Shown: positions 1-11,836 of the stretch, piece after piece
Position numbering within the stretch: the first letter of the stretch is position 1
How the letters are laid out: each line of letters begins with the position of its first letter
Origin: Sphagnum compactum
Lineage: Eukaryota
Assembly: GCA_965153455.1 (NCBI GenBank)
Contig: OZ234494.1
Coordinates: 868,001 to 932,000 of the forward strand
Reading direction: 5' to 3'
Length of the DNA: 64,000 bases
Position numbers and translations under genes: made by a program
The notes under the pieces: generated by a model
What the model was told of the DNA's origin: nothing
Databases searched by the model: none
What the model saw: the letters and a program-made list of their open reading frames with translations, nothing else

Positions 1-699
1 TTTTGGTGGATTCCTTAAGTTACAAGATCCATTTTTGTACCCAATTTTGAGGTGGTTTAAAAGCTCTCTAAGCTTTTGGTATCACTATGTTTGTGTAAGT
101 GTTTCATTTTTGTTGTAACTTTGTGCAAACCTTTCGAAAAAAACCACCTCAGAATTGGAACCACATAAAATTGGATCTCAATGTTCAAAACATATTGAAT
201 AGAATTACATTATAAAAAAACCACCTCAAAATTGAACCATGTATATTTGACATTTGCAAACATTTGTAACATAATTATATAAAATGGAATGACACCAAAA
301 GCTTAGAGAAAGGTTTTTGAACCACCTTAAAATAAAATATGGTAATGAACCTAATAACAAAGTTACAATCTATGAAATTCTATATGGTTATATTACAATT
401 ATTTGCAAGTTTGAGGTGGTTTTAGTAGTTCACTAGGTTTTTTGTTTCCATGTCTTTTATGCATGTAACTAAAAGGATGGCACTGATAAGTAAAACACTT
501 GAAATGTTTCATGAACATGATGAATTTATGTCATCAACTAATGCTTCAATTAGATGCTTCAATCGGATGTTTGTATCATTGTAGGGTTACGGGCGAAAAG
601 GCTCAAAACTCCAATGAAGATGTGATTTGCCCCAAGAATTTTCTTATTTCAAGAAACTCTTGAATACCAAAATGAAATTTCCATATGTTATGTATGGCA

Positions 700-1560
700 A
701 CAAGTTTTACACTTGTTTTCTAAAGTGCTAATGGGTGAAACTTGGGTGGTGGCTCAAGTAATTGCCAATAAACAGCTTCTTATTGTTAAATAATGTGTTT
801 AAAACCAAACTTGAATGGTTATTTTTAAATGCTCTTTCTTTTGTTTTCACTTTGTGCATTGCTATGAAAGTTGGTGTGACCAACATTGAAGCTTTGAATC
901 AACCACTAGAATTTGTGATGATTTTGATTCAAAATTACAAGAATTTAAGCAAAGATGATGGTGCAAGTTGTGAGGATATTGATGCCATCTTTGGTTCTTT
1001 TAATGGTTTATAATCATTTTAACTCACAACATGTTGGTAATCATGTTTGACCCTTTTTACAAAAACATGAAATGTGTTCAAAACTTTGTGGGCAATTCAA
1101 TTGTTGCGGAAATTACTGTAGAATATGATGTGTCCTCTTTTATTGTTGGTGTACAATCATTTAAATCTTGCTAAGGAACATAACACCAATTACAATTGAA
1201 GATGATGATATTTTCTTTGGGCAAGTTGTGTTTGTTGGTGATGTAATCATTTCAACTTTGAAAAATGAACTACAATTATTTCAATGGTTACATGTGTCAT
1301 CAGTAGATCATGAAAACCCCTTGGTTTGGTTGGCACATGTGGTGTAGTTTTTGCATGTTTATTTCTTGGCTCATTAGTTCTTAACATTGTGGGGTCACAA
1401 ATTGAGATAGATTGGATATTTAATGTTGTTGGTGTCATCACAAACCTTTGGGGATTGAAAATTTGGATTGCTTCATTTTGGTGATGAAAAATTAACCTAA
1501 TGACTTTCATGTTGGTTGTGATGGGGCCCAAAAAGCTTATGAGTGTGATTGATTTTATTA
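700..1560 (+). mobile_element. decayed hAT transposase, C-terminal part including dimerization domain
   Basis: Frameshifted fragments HNMLVIMFDP..KNMKCVQNFVG (about 1025-1095) and PLVWLAH...FLAH*/LNIVGSQIEIDWIFNVVGVITNL (about 1318-1450) resemble the hAT LDP motif and the 'LARxxLxIxxSQxExERIFS' dimerization motif. Confidence 0.7.
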
Positions 1561-4199
1561 CCTCAGAATTTATTATGACTGAAAATAAATTCATTGAAAA
1601 TTGAGGTTTTTTGAAAAAAGATTTAGATTTAGATTTCTAATTTTCTATAAGTGGGCATAAGCATGTTAAAGTAAGCCAAAAAATAAACCTTTAAATGCAA
1701 GAAAACATAATTGTCAATTTTGGAATTTTAAAAGTAGGACACATTATTTGAAAATTAAGACTTAAATTACATGAGCATATGTGGTATGATATGATTTTAA
1801 AAAAAAGCTTAAGATGTTTACCTTTTTTTCTAACCTATTTCATTCACTTTCTTGGTTTGGTGTTAATGTCCCATTTTACACAAAATAAACATGAAGTATA
1901 ATCATGACCTTTCATTTTTTAAATTCATTCTTATGGTTCATTCAAACAATGTTTAAAACATGTTTTACCATGTTACAAACACAAAATGCATTTTTAATTC
2001 ATATTGGATAATAGGTTTTTAGTGCTTTAAACCTATGTAAAGAAAAAAATTACTTCTGAATGGCTTAATGTTGTCATAATTGAAATATTCAAGTTCCAAA
2101 AAATGTGAATCGATATGCATGATGGTTCAAACATTAATAACACATCATTTGAATATTTTGAGTTGAAAAAAATAATAACTATAAACTTGCATTAAATAAT
2201 AAAATAACTCAAATAATAATATAAATTGGGGATGACCATATTTAATATGGCAAATACATCCCAAATTTTATAACATTGGTAAAAGGCTTAAAATTCAAAA
2301 ATGGAAAATCTATTTTCCAGATACATTTACTTTTTGACAAGGATCACCAATTGGCATACTTTAACATGCTTGTGCCCAGGTATTCCTCTTCAATTTGATT
2401 TTTTTTTTTCTTGTTTTCTTATTTCATGTGCATTTTGTTTCAATAAAAATGTTTTGATAGTGGGTTTGTGCTTGTAATTAAGGTAGAGGTGTGAATTGTT
2501 GTTAGTGTGGATTCAACATTCAACCCAAGCTAATTGCATTGGAAATCATCTTTTTGTTTTTTGCAATAATCTAATGATGAAATGGCATGATTATGAAGAA
2601 CCTTGATGATCTTCATATGGTTGGGAAATGTGGGGTCAATTTTCTTGGGTTATGCTTCTTGCCATGTGCTTTCTATTGAGGTCAATCCCATTATGTTGTC
2701 CATGTGTAAATCATTCGATGGCAAGGTTTTGTTGCTTTGAATTTTTTCATGTGCAAGTCATTGGATGGGATTTATGTTTATGTCCTTGCTAATTATCATG
2801 TGCACATTTGTGTTAAGGGCGATTTTTCTATATTCTACCATATTTGCTATTTTTTTGGTGGGATTTTTTAATATTTGGCCACTTTTGGTTAGTTGGTTGA
2901 TTTTGTTTTTCTTAGTTGGTAGTCTAGTTTTGCATTTCTTGGTTGAACTTTTAATGTTTCCTTTTATGGCTAATCTCTTTTATTCTACCACTTCTAGTAG
3001 GTACATGTCAATTGTTTGTTTTGTTTATTATGGGTTTGTTCAAAATTTCATATTTTGTTTTGGATCTTTGTGATTTTTGTTAGTGTTCAGTTTGTGTCTT
3101 GGGTTTTTTGTTATTTTTTTGAGTCTTGAGTTTGTTTCTTTGATCTTTGTTGGTTTTTTTGAGTTTGGAGTTTTTGTTTTATATGTTTGTTGTTTTTGTG
3201 AGTTTTGAGTTTTTGTCTTATATCTTGGTTGTTTATATGAGTTTGTTGTTTGTTCATGGTCCATTGTGCAAAAAAAACCCTTTTCAATTTTTTTTTTTGC
3301 AAAGGTGAAGGTGGTGGATTCAATTATAATTTTGAAAAAGGTCATCTCCAAGGATGACCATAGGAAGCTAAAACTTTGAGTTTATAGATCATAGAATTTA
3401 TAACAATTTTTGGTATATAAACATATTATGTCTTTTTTTTTGTCTTTCTATAAGTTTTGGGACAATGTGATGGATAAGAAAACTAGATGATGGAATCCAT
3501 GTCAATTTCAATCTAATTAGCATTTAAAAAATCATAACCTTAAACCTTGCACATGGTAACCTACATTAGTTTTTCATAAAAAATGAACTACAATCAAAAG
3601 TTTTAAAACATTTTAAAATTTTCAAAACTTTACCCAAAAGGTTAATCAAAATTTATCATTATAAAGAATGATCTTGTCCATACCAACTGATGTGTTTGTG
3701 ACTTGTGTCCAAATCAACTAATTTTGTGACTACCAATGTGATAATCTTTTGTGACACATGGAAAAAACAACTTGTTTTGCAAGTACTTTTTGGTTGCAAG
3801 CGACAATTTGCAATTAAAAGCCCTTTAATTGCTTAAAACTAATCGCATGATCAAATTAGTCACAAATTTGATACATCATGATGACATCATCAATGTTTGG
3901 ATGGAGATACAAACATTGAATCCGGTTTCATCCATTGTATGGAATACCACATATGTATGGGCATTTACAGTTACTTGGTGTTACTATTTTGGTGGCATCC
4001 AAAAACCTGGTAATTTCGACATGTGGCAACATTTGGTAATTTAATCCACTATAAATTTGGAATAATCTACAATGTTTTTCATATACTTGGTTGGTATTAG
4101 ATCATGCCACTTGGTGCAATAACCATTTGCCACGTGAATATTACCACACATCGAACTAAGCAAGTAGGTTCGTAGGTGTAGGTATGTTGTATGGCTTGT

Positions 4200-5560
4200 T
4201 CAATCTAAATACTTGAATTAGATACCTAGGTAGGTAGGTAGGTAGGTCCTATTTAAACTAAATACTTACTTAAGTATGGTAGTAGGTAAGACCTACCTGC
4301 TTAAATTAGATCCCATAGGTTGGTAGGTAAGTAGATAGGTTAAGGAGGTATGTAAATGAAAGTAAATACATTTTTTTTGAAAAATTTGGATTTTCCCTTT
4401 GGGTTAAATTTGTTTTATTGGCTCATCCCAAATGTCAAATTGTTTCAATATGAAATCTAATACAAAACACTTTTTTTATATAATGTTAAAAATGGAAGTG
4501 GAAGACAAAGAATATGGGATAAAATTTTGAGGTTGTAAGTAAGTGAATAAATAGATAAGTAAAGTAAGTCAGTGAGTGATTGATTAACTAATTTACTAAC
4601 TAACTAACTAACTAGTTAACTACTTAATTAATTAATTAATTAACCCCCTACCCAATTATCAATTGACCTATTATTTATTACTCCATTAATTACAAAAGCT
4701 TCTAGTAGTAGCAATAATAATTATTTAATAATTATTATCAACTAATTAATTAATCAACTTCAATATTAACTATTAATAATCAATTAATTAAAACTTTAGT
4801 AACTTGCCCATATGAAAAAAAATTGTGGTAGGTAGGTAGGTAGGTCATGAAAAGGTAGGTAGGTAGGTGGTAGCCTACCCTAGCCTACCTTATCTTACTT
4901 GACCTACCTTAACCTAACCTAGTATATCTTATTTAGCCTACCCTACCTACCTTAACCCCTTAAGCATGTACGTAGGTTATAATGTTAGGAATTGAACCCT
5001 TGACCTCCCTAATGATAAACCAAGTTCTTAACCAATGGACCACTCCATAAAAAAAATGTTCAACTTTTGTCAATTTTTTTATTTCACATGTTTATTTTGA
5101 CATTTTGCAATAAGCCTATGAGGTATGAAGGTAGGTAGGTTATAGGAGATAGGTGGGTGGGTGGGTGGGTGGGTAGGTGGGTAATATATATGTATGTAGG
5201 TGGGTGCGTGGGTATGTAGGTATGTAGTACATGTATGTAAGTAGGTGTGTGTGTAGGTAGGTAGGTAATACATCTGGGTAGGTAGGTAAGTAGTATGTAG
5301 GTACGTAGGTACTATCAAGGTAGGTGGGTAGGTCATACCTGGGTGGATAGTTAGGTAGGTAGTACATTTAGGTAGGTGGGTGGATAGGTAATTAAATAGT
5401 TAATACATAGGTAGGTTATAGGTGGGCGGATATATAGGTGTGTAAGTAGGTAGGTGGGCGGGTGGGTGGGTAGGTAGGTAGGTATTACATCTAGGTGGGT
5501 GGGTTGGTAGGTAGGTAGGTTGTAAGGTTATAAGTGGGAGGTAGGAGGTAAGTATATACT
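4200..5560. repeat. degenerate (GGTA/GGGT)n microsatellite-like arrays
   Basis: GGTA-rich runs at about 4200-4340, 4825-4870 (followed by CCTA-type runs to 4960) and 5130-5530. These are the source of the YLPT-type spurious ORFs. Confidence 0.85.
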
Positions 5561-7796
5561 AGGCATAAGATGTCCCATTTGATTAAAGAACATTGGTCAT
5601 TTTGATTAATGATGTTTATTTCTTATGTTCAATTTGATTAGATGACCCATTTGATCAAAACTCATTGACCATTTTGACTAGGATTGTTTAATTTGACTAG
5701 ATGTATTGGTCAAATAAGTCACTCTAATCAACTTGATTGGTCAAAAAGTACAAGCTTTGGGCCTTTAATCAAAATGGACGTGTCCATTTATAAAAAAAGA
5801 CCAGTTAATCAACTTGAACCATTTGAAAAACCATGTTTTATAGTAGTGAACCCATTTACATCTAGAAAATGATTTTTGAAATTTGAACTTTTTGAAATTA
5901 TATTTTGAATTTTTTTTTTTCAAGTACCACAATTTTCAAATTATGGATGTTTTTCATATGTGCATGGTAGGTTATCATCATTTCAAAAAAAATGTTATTA
6001 AATTTTTTATATTAAAAGAATCCTTAGCCTATTGCTTTATAAAACTAATTTTGGGGTGTTAAAGCTCAAAAGTTTTTAAATTAAAACAAAACTCAATTTA
6101 TTAAATTAAATGATTTTTAAAAAAAATTCAAGACTCATATAAATCATTTAACACAAATTTCTTTGATCAACATGACATTAAAATGATATTACATAAATAT
6201 GTTTGAGAAAAGTGATAATCTTTTGATTGTTTGACATGTTTTTTGGCTTGTTTGTTTGTGATCGCATCCATTGTCAATTAGTAATTCATAAATAAAAAAT
6301 AGATATTTAAAATATTAACTCATTAATATTAATCAAAATAAATTTCAAGCAACCAATAATTATTTAACTTAAGAATAATTTAAAAAATTATGTAACTAAT
6401 TAGTCACTATTAATTTTTAATATTGAAATAAATAATAATTAAAAATAATACTAGATTAACCAACTAATTAGCTTTAAGGTATTAATTAATAATGAATAAA
6501 TAACTAATAAATAAATAAATAAATGTTAAATAATAATTACAAAATAACTAATATTAAATAAGATATTAAATTGTCTATTATTATTATGAACTAATTTATT
6601 GTAATGATTAAAAAAATAATTAATAGTAAATAAGTAGTTTAAAATATTGATTATTTAATGATTATTAATTATTATTAACTATAGATTAACTATTAATCAT
6701 CAACTTATTAATTAATTAACTTGTAACTATTCATAGTTATTACCTATTAATATAGTATATATTAAAGCATGTAACCCCATTATAACTTTACATACCTTTA
6801 GTATACATTTAATGATATCATAATATCAAAGTCATTTAACCTTAATAATATAAACCTTGGATAAACATGTAATATGGACATGATACATTTTGTATATAAA
6901 TATTTCTAATACAAACTTAATGTATTCATCATATACATATGTAATTTTTATGAATGATCGATATATTTTAATATGCTCTAAAATATGAGTTACATATTAC
7001 TTTCACACACCCATTATAGGTAACCCCATTGTACACATGTACATCTTAATACGCTCTTAATAAAATTTGAAATACACTTACTACACCTTTGTGTACCCAA
7101 AAGGTTGTAACTAATTTTGGTCATGTATTTGTGACATTTAATGGGCCATAAAGGGTCTTCTAAGATGAAATATTGATAAAAATCCTTTCATTGAAATGAT
7201 GAATAAGCTAGTAGTCATAGCATAATCACAATAACTTGATTTATAATTGCAAATGTTACCACGATTAATTGTAAGCTATGACTATTAATCACACATGGTC
7301 ACAAATGGAATGGTTGTATTTTGGCTTATTTCTACTAGTGTTACTTAACCTCAACAAATGAAATGAAGAGGGCAAACTTTTTGACAAACTTTTAGGATAA
7401 AAAACAATGCATGTTGTTCAATTCCCCATAGGTGAAATAATAAACATAGTGCATGAATTGTAAAGTGAAATGGTCAACAAGTAAAAAATATTTACATTAG
7501 GTGCAATCTTCAAACTTCGTTTTTTCTTTATCATTAGTCCTTTTCTTAGCCCATAATACTATGTGGTGTTGCATCCATTGTTTGGTAATTTCAATTTCTA
7601 GTGAAATGGTTTGTTGCTACTTATTGTTGATACATTGAATTCAATCTCCACAAAATCCTTGGTTAGAAACATTCACAATGTATTTCAATGGACAAAACAA
7701 CAACAAAAACACTAAAACCATGGTAATCATAAGAAACAACAAATGAAAGTCCAACTATGTCCATAGATGTACATATAAAAAAGTTTGACTTTTTCA

Positions 7797-9384
7797 CATT
7801 ACAAGAAATCACAGTTTATTTGATTAGAAAATTATTCCAAAAACCAGTCATTTTGACATTTGGTCAATTTGACCATTTAGTCATACTAGACAAGTCAATT
7901 TGAACATGTCCAATTTGATTGATGGTTTTTTTGATTGACCATAAAATGGTCTTTTTGATTAGTCAAATTAAACAAAAAATTTGGTAGCCAAAAAAATTTA
8001 ATTGAAAAAATAGCTCAATTTGTTAGTATAAAAAAATAAATAATAAATGAATAGTAAGTATTACCTACCCACCCACCCATGACCTACCTACCCACCATGG
8101 CTTCCTACTTATCTATGCACATCCCACCTATGTACTATACATTTACACACATGTACAAGGTATATATACAAATGTACATATTCCACATAAAATATATTAA
8201 TAAAGGGGATTGAATTTTGGTCTCCTTAGCTCCACACTAATGTTTTGGCCATCAAACAACCCCACCACTTTGTAAAACAATATGACAGGGTCGAACCATG
8301 CTATTAGGAACCAAATGTGCCCTTTTAAACCATTGTTTTATTCTTAGAATATTTTTAATATGTTTTTCAAGAAAATATTAAAAATGTTTAAAGTTTTCTT
8401 AATACTATTATGTTAAGATGTATATTTTAAAAATCCCAAAATATGTCATTAAAAATATTTTCAAATTGTGCTTTTAGTGTCAAAACTGCTTTTATGTAGT
8501 TAAGTAGTGATTACAAGAGGTTAGAAGTCCTTATACATATTTTTCACTCATTAGATTGATTCCAAATTTTTATGATATGTACATAATGTATTCAAAATAA
8601 TTTTTTTTAAAAAATATTTTATTTATTATTATTATTATTATTTACAATCCAAAGTTCAAAACTTAAGCAATTGTTATGACTTCTTTTGGTACATGTTAGT
8701 ATGATTGCACCTGATACCAAATGCTTTCAACATGTTTCTTTGAACTTCTATGAATTTTTTTGTCAATGTGCATAACAACATTTGAATTTGAATTTTTTTT
8801 ACGAGTAAGTTAATAGGTACCTAACTAGGTAGATAAGTAAGTACACATGCCTACCTACCTATGTTTTTAAATGTACATACGTACTTGTAAACTATAGGTA
8901 CATATGTAGGTAGATAATAGGTAGGTAGATAAATAAATAAATAAATAGGTAGGTAGGTAGATAAATAGGTAACTTTGGTGGATAATAGGTTGATAATAAT
9001 AAGTAGGGAAGACATAGGTAGGTAGATGGTAGGTAGGTAGGTAGGACAGACATAATTAAGTAAGTGGGTAGGTAGGTAGTTTAGTAGGCAAACAAGTAGG
9101 CTAGTTAACCAAAATAATATGGCCAATTTGACTAAGCATGGCCATTCAGTATGGCTGATTTGATTAGGCCATGGGCATCTTGATGGACCATTTTAAAAAT
9201 TTGTCCTATTTTACTAGATGTATGACTTAACATTTAATAAAAAAGGTCATTTCAGTCAAAAGAATTAACCAAAAAACCATGTGTCTTTTGTGTCCCATGC
9301 TTTTAATCAAAGTGAACATCCTTTTGGTCAATGTGTACATTTCAATCAAGTTGAAACTTTTGAAAACCATGATTTCATGTAGTG
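7797..9384. mobile_element. non-autonomous CACTA element (old)
   Basis: Left end CATTACAAGAAATCACAGTTT versus reverse complement of the right end CACTACATGAAATCATGGTTT (17/21 identical). Flanks TCA/CCA are a near 3-bp TSD. Subterminal TTTGAYYA repeats and GGTA arrays inside. Confidence 0.65.
8286..8713 (+). mobile_element. about 400-430-bp dispersed non-autonomous element, copy 1 (nested in the CACTA element)
   Basis: Colinear similarity with 58284-58666 (same strand) and 17880-18320 (reverse). Imperfect CAGG...CCTG termini. Confidence 0.7.
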
Positions 9385-10040
9385 CCAAGAGCAAAATGCT
9401 CCCACATTGAATGATTGATGCAATTTTGGAGTTTGTTTTGTACCCGTGGTTTTTTTTCGGCAAATTGTTGTGATGCGCACAACCAGCTTGAACTTTCAAG
9501 CTTTTAGGAAACACCATTGAACTAGAAACATTATTGAACTAAACATTAATGGCATTGTCACCTTAAACTTTAAAAGGTTTTTGGAGTCTTGAATCCATGT
9601 ATAAGCTTTTAGAATCTATGAAATGATTAGAAGCAAGGATTTATGAAAGTTAGATTTTATAGTTTATAAATTGTCACTTTAACCTCTAATACCTAAATTG
9701 TACAAATCAAATACTTCAAAATGACAAGCAAATGAGCTTACATAACCTATTACTAGTGAATTGAGGTGCACAATAGAAGGTTGAATGATGAAAAACTTCA
9801 TCATTCATTGCTACTAGTGAAAAGGAAGTTTTAAGGTTTAATGACAGTGACAAGACCTCCATGTTAAGGCATTGGAGCTATGGCAATGGTCCTAAGAAGA
9901 TGATGCAATGATGTCATTTTCAAGCCCCAATTTCTAAATGGACATGTTGCACAATCATTTGCTTTTTGACTATTTTTTTTTCCCAACAAAAAAAAAAAAA
10001 CTTGGTTTGGTTGAGTTCCATTTACATTGCACCCATTTAA

Positions 10041-10256
10041 AGGTGCATTCACACTTGGTGTTATTGATTTTAGTATTAAGTCCCGTAACACCAAGCTAGT
10101 CATTTAGAACTTAAACCTATTTAGCACAAAGATTTTATGTTAAGTTAACATTCACTTAATATTAAGTAATCACCCAATGTTTAACATTGGGTGCCACTTA
10201 AGATGCCACCTAAATTTTCACTTATCACTAACTTAATATTAAGTGTGAACGTACCT
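10041..10256. mobile_element. Tourist/PIF-Harbinger-type MITE
   Basis: TIRs AGGTGCATTCACACTT and reverse complement AGGTACGTTCACACTT (14/16), flanked by TAA on both sides (10038-10040, 10257-10259). Internal hairpin CACCCAATGTT-T-AACATTGGGTG. Confidence 0.75.
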
Positions 10257-11107
10257 TAAAATTAACAAGGTCTGTTATACACAATGGCCCTGCCATAAAT
10301 TTAATATCAACAATTGATTGTATGCTAAATTGGTCATAAATAGGAATCGTTTTAATTTTTTTTTTTGATGTACACCATCATGTTGTTGTAAAAGAAAAAT
10401 TGTAATGATTTTTTTTCATTTTTTAACATCACATTAATTATGAGGAATTCAAAAAGGATCTCAAATTAAATGATGACATGTTTTGGGAACTTATTTAAAC
10501 ATTTAAAACATTGTTACCAAACCAATACCAATAGGGAAATGTGGCAACATGATTTTCATCTTTTTGCAAATTTAATGACTTAAGAGAAAAAGTGATCAAA
10601 TATTTTCTTTTCAAATTTATTTTTCACGTTTGTCCAAAATTTCAAACCCAAAAAAAAGAAAAAGAAAAAAAGAAAGACTCATCATGATAATATGTGTATT
10701 CGAATATTTTCAATCATATTGTCACATTTTGAAAAAAATTACATGAATTTTTGTGTATGATAGGTGCGGTAATCATTTTTGGTGAAAATAGTTTTACAGG
10801 TAGTTTATGGGTTATGGATTGGTGAGAAAGTAACTTGGGGCTGAGTGCACATTTGAGAAAGTAGGGGAGAAAACAAAATGCCAAAAGATGAACATGAATA
10901 TCTTTACAATCAAATTAGGATGAATCATCTGACTTAGTTTTAGGGGGGAAAAGAATCCCTTGAAGGGACTATATAACTCTATAATCATTCTCTAACACAA
11001 TAAAATCCTGCCTTACAAAAGGGCAGGGCCAACAATGAAAGAACTTGGTTAGAGTCTAAATAGGTATAATAAATCACCTCATCCAATTTCCCCTTTTGTT
11101 TCGCCTA

Positions 11108-11606
11108 TCTACTTATATAATATCCTTGATTTTGTCCGCTTGCGATGATTGGCGGTCGTCCTTTCCATCCGTCCGTCCCGTCGTCCATCCCGTCATCCAT
11201 CCATCCTGTCGTCCATCCCGTCATCCATCCATCTCTCCATCCATCCAAGGCAAAGAGGGGGGGAGGGGGGGGGGGAGGAGGGTGCGGGCCCTTCTTAAGT
11301 TGCAAAACTCCACTGTTTCAGGGAATTGCCCATTCTGCCCTATTTATTTATAGCACAATAGGTATCCATCCTGTTATGAAGGGTATTGGCCCTAATAAAA
11401 ATTTCAGGCAGGCACTGAGGAAGGCTTGGTATGCAATCTGTGCAGCCAATTTTTTCCTTTTTTGGGTTTTGGGGAGAGGGGGAAAGGGCGAAATTTTTCC
11501 TTTTTTCTATTGGGGGTGGGGGTTCCGTCATTCATCCATGGAATGGAGGAGACAATCATGTGGCAATTTATCTCATAGTAAGGAGGTAATTGCATACGAA
11601 GCCTAG
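11108..11606 (+). mobile_element. putative non-autonomous Helitron (about 500 bp)
   Basis: Begins A|TCTACTTATATAA and ends CTAG|T. Subterminal hairpin GCAATTTATCTC...GAGGTAATTGC lies about 10 nt before the CTAG. Internal CCAT/CCGT repeats and a poly-G tract. Confidence 0.6.
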
Positions 11607-11655
11607 TAGCATGTAAAATTATACTGTAATTTTATACTGCAAAATAACCCACTAG

Positions 11656-11836
11656 TAGCATAAAATTATACTGCCACTACTACTACTACCACCTACTAGA
11701 CCCAATGGCTTATCATTTATTTATTGATGTGATCAAAAAATAAGCCTGCACATCAATAAACAAAGAAATTATAAGCCATTGGGTCTAGTAGGTGGTAGTA
11801 GTAGTAGTAGTAGTGGTAGTATAATATTATATGCTA
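11656..11836. repeat. long inverted repeat (about 75-85-bp arms)
   Basis: CCACTACTACTACTACCACCTACTAGACCCAATGGCTTAT...TTTATTGATGTG pairs with CACATCAATAAA...ATAAGCCATTGGGTCTAGTAGGTGGTAGTAGTAGTAG...TGG; 17-nt loop. Confidence 0.9.

Noticed and set aside
5079-5367. YLPT/THPP-rich ORFs (also 8851-9126)
   Set aside because: They are translations of (GGTA)n microsatellite-like arrays, not proteins.
11145-11606. 153-aa Pro/Gly-rich ORF
   Set aside because: It is a translation of CCAT repeats and poly-G within a Helitron-like element.
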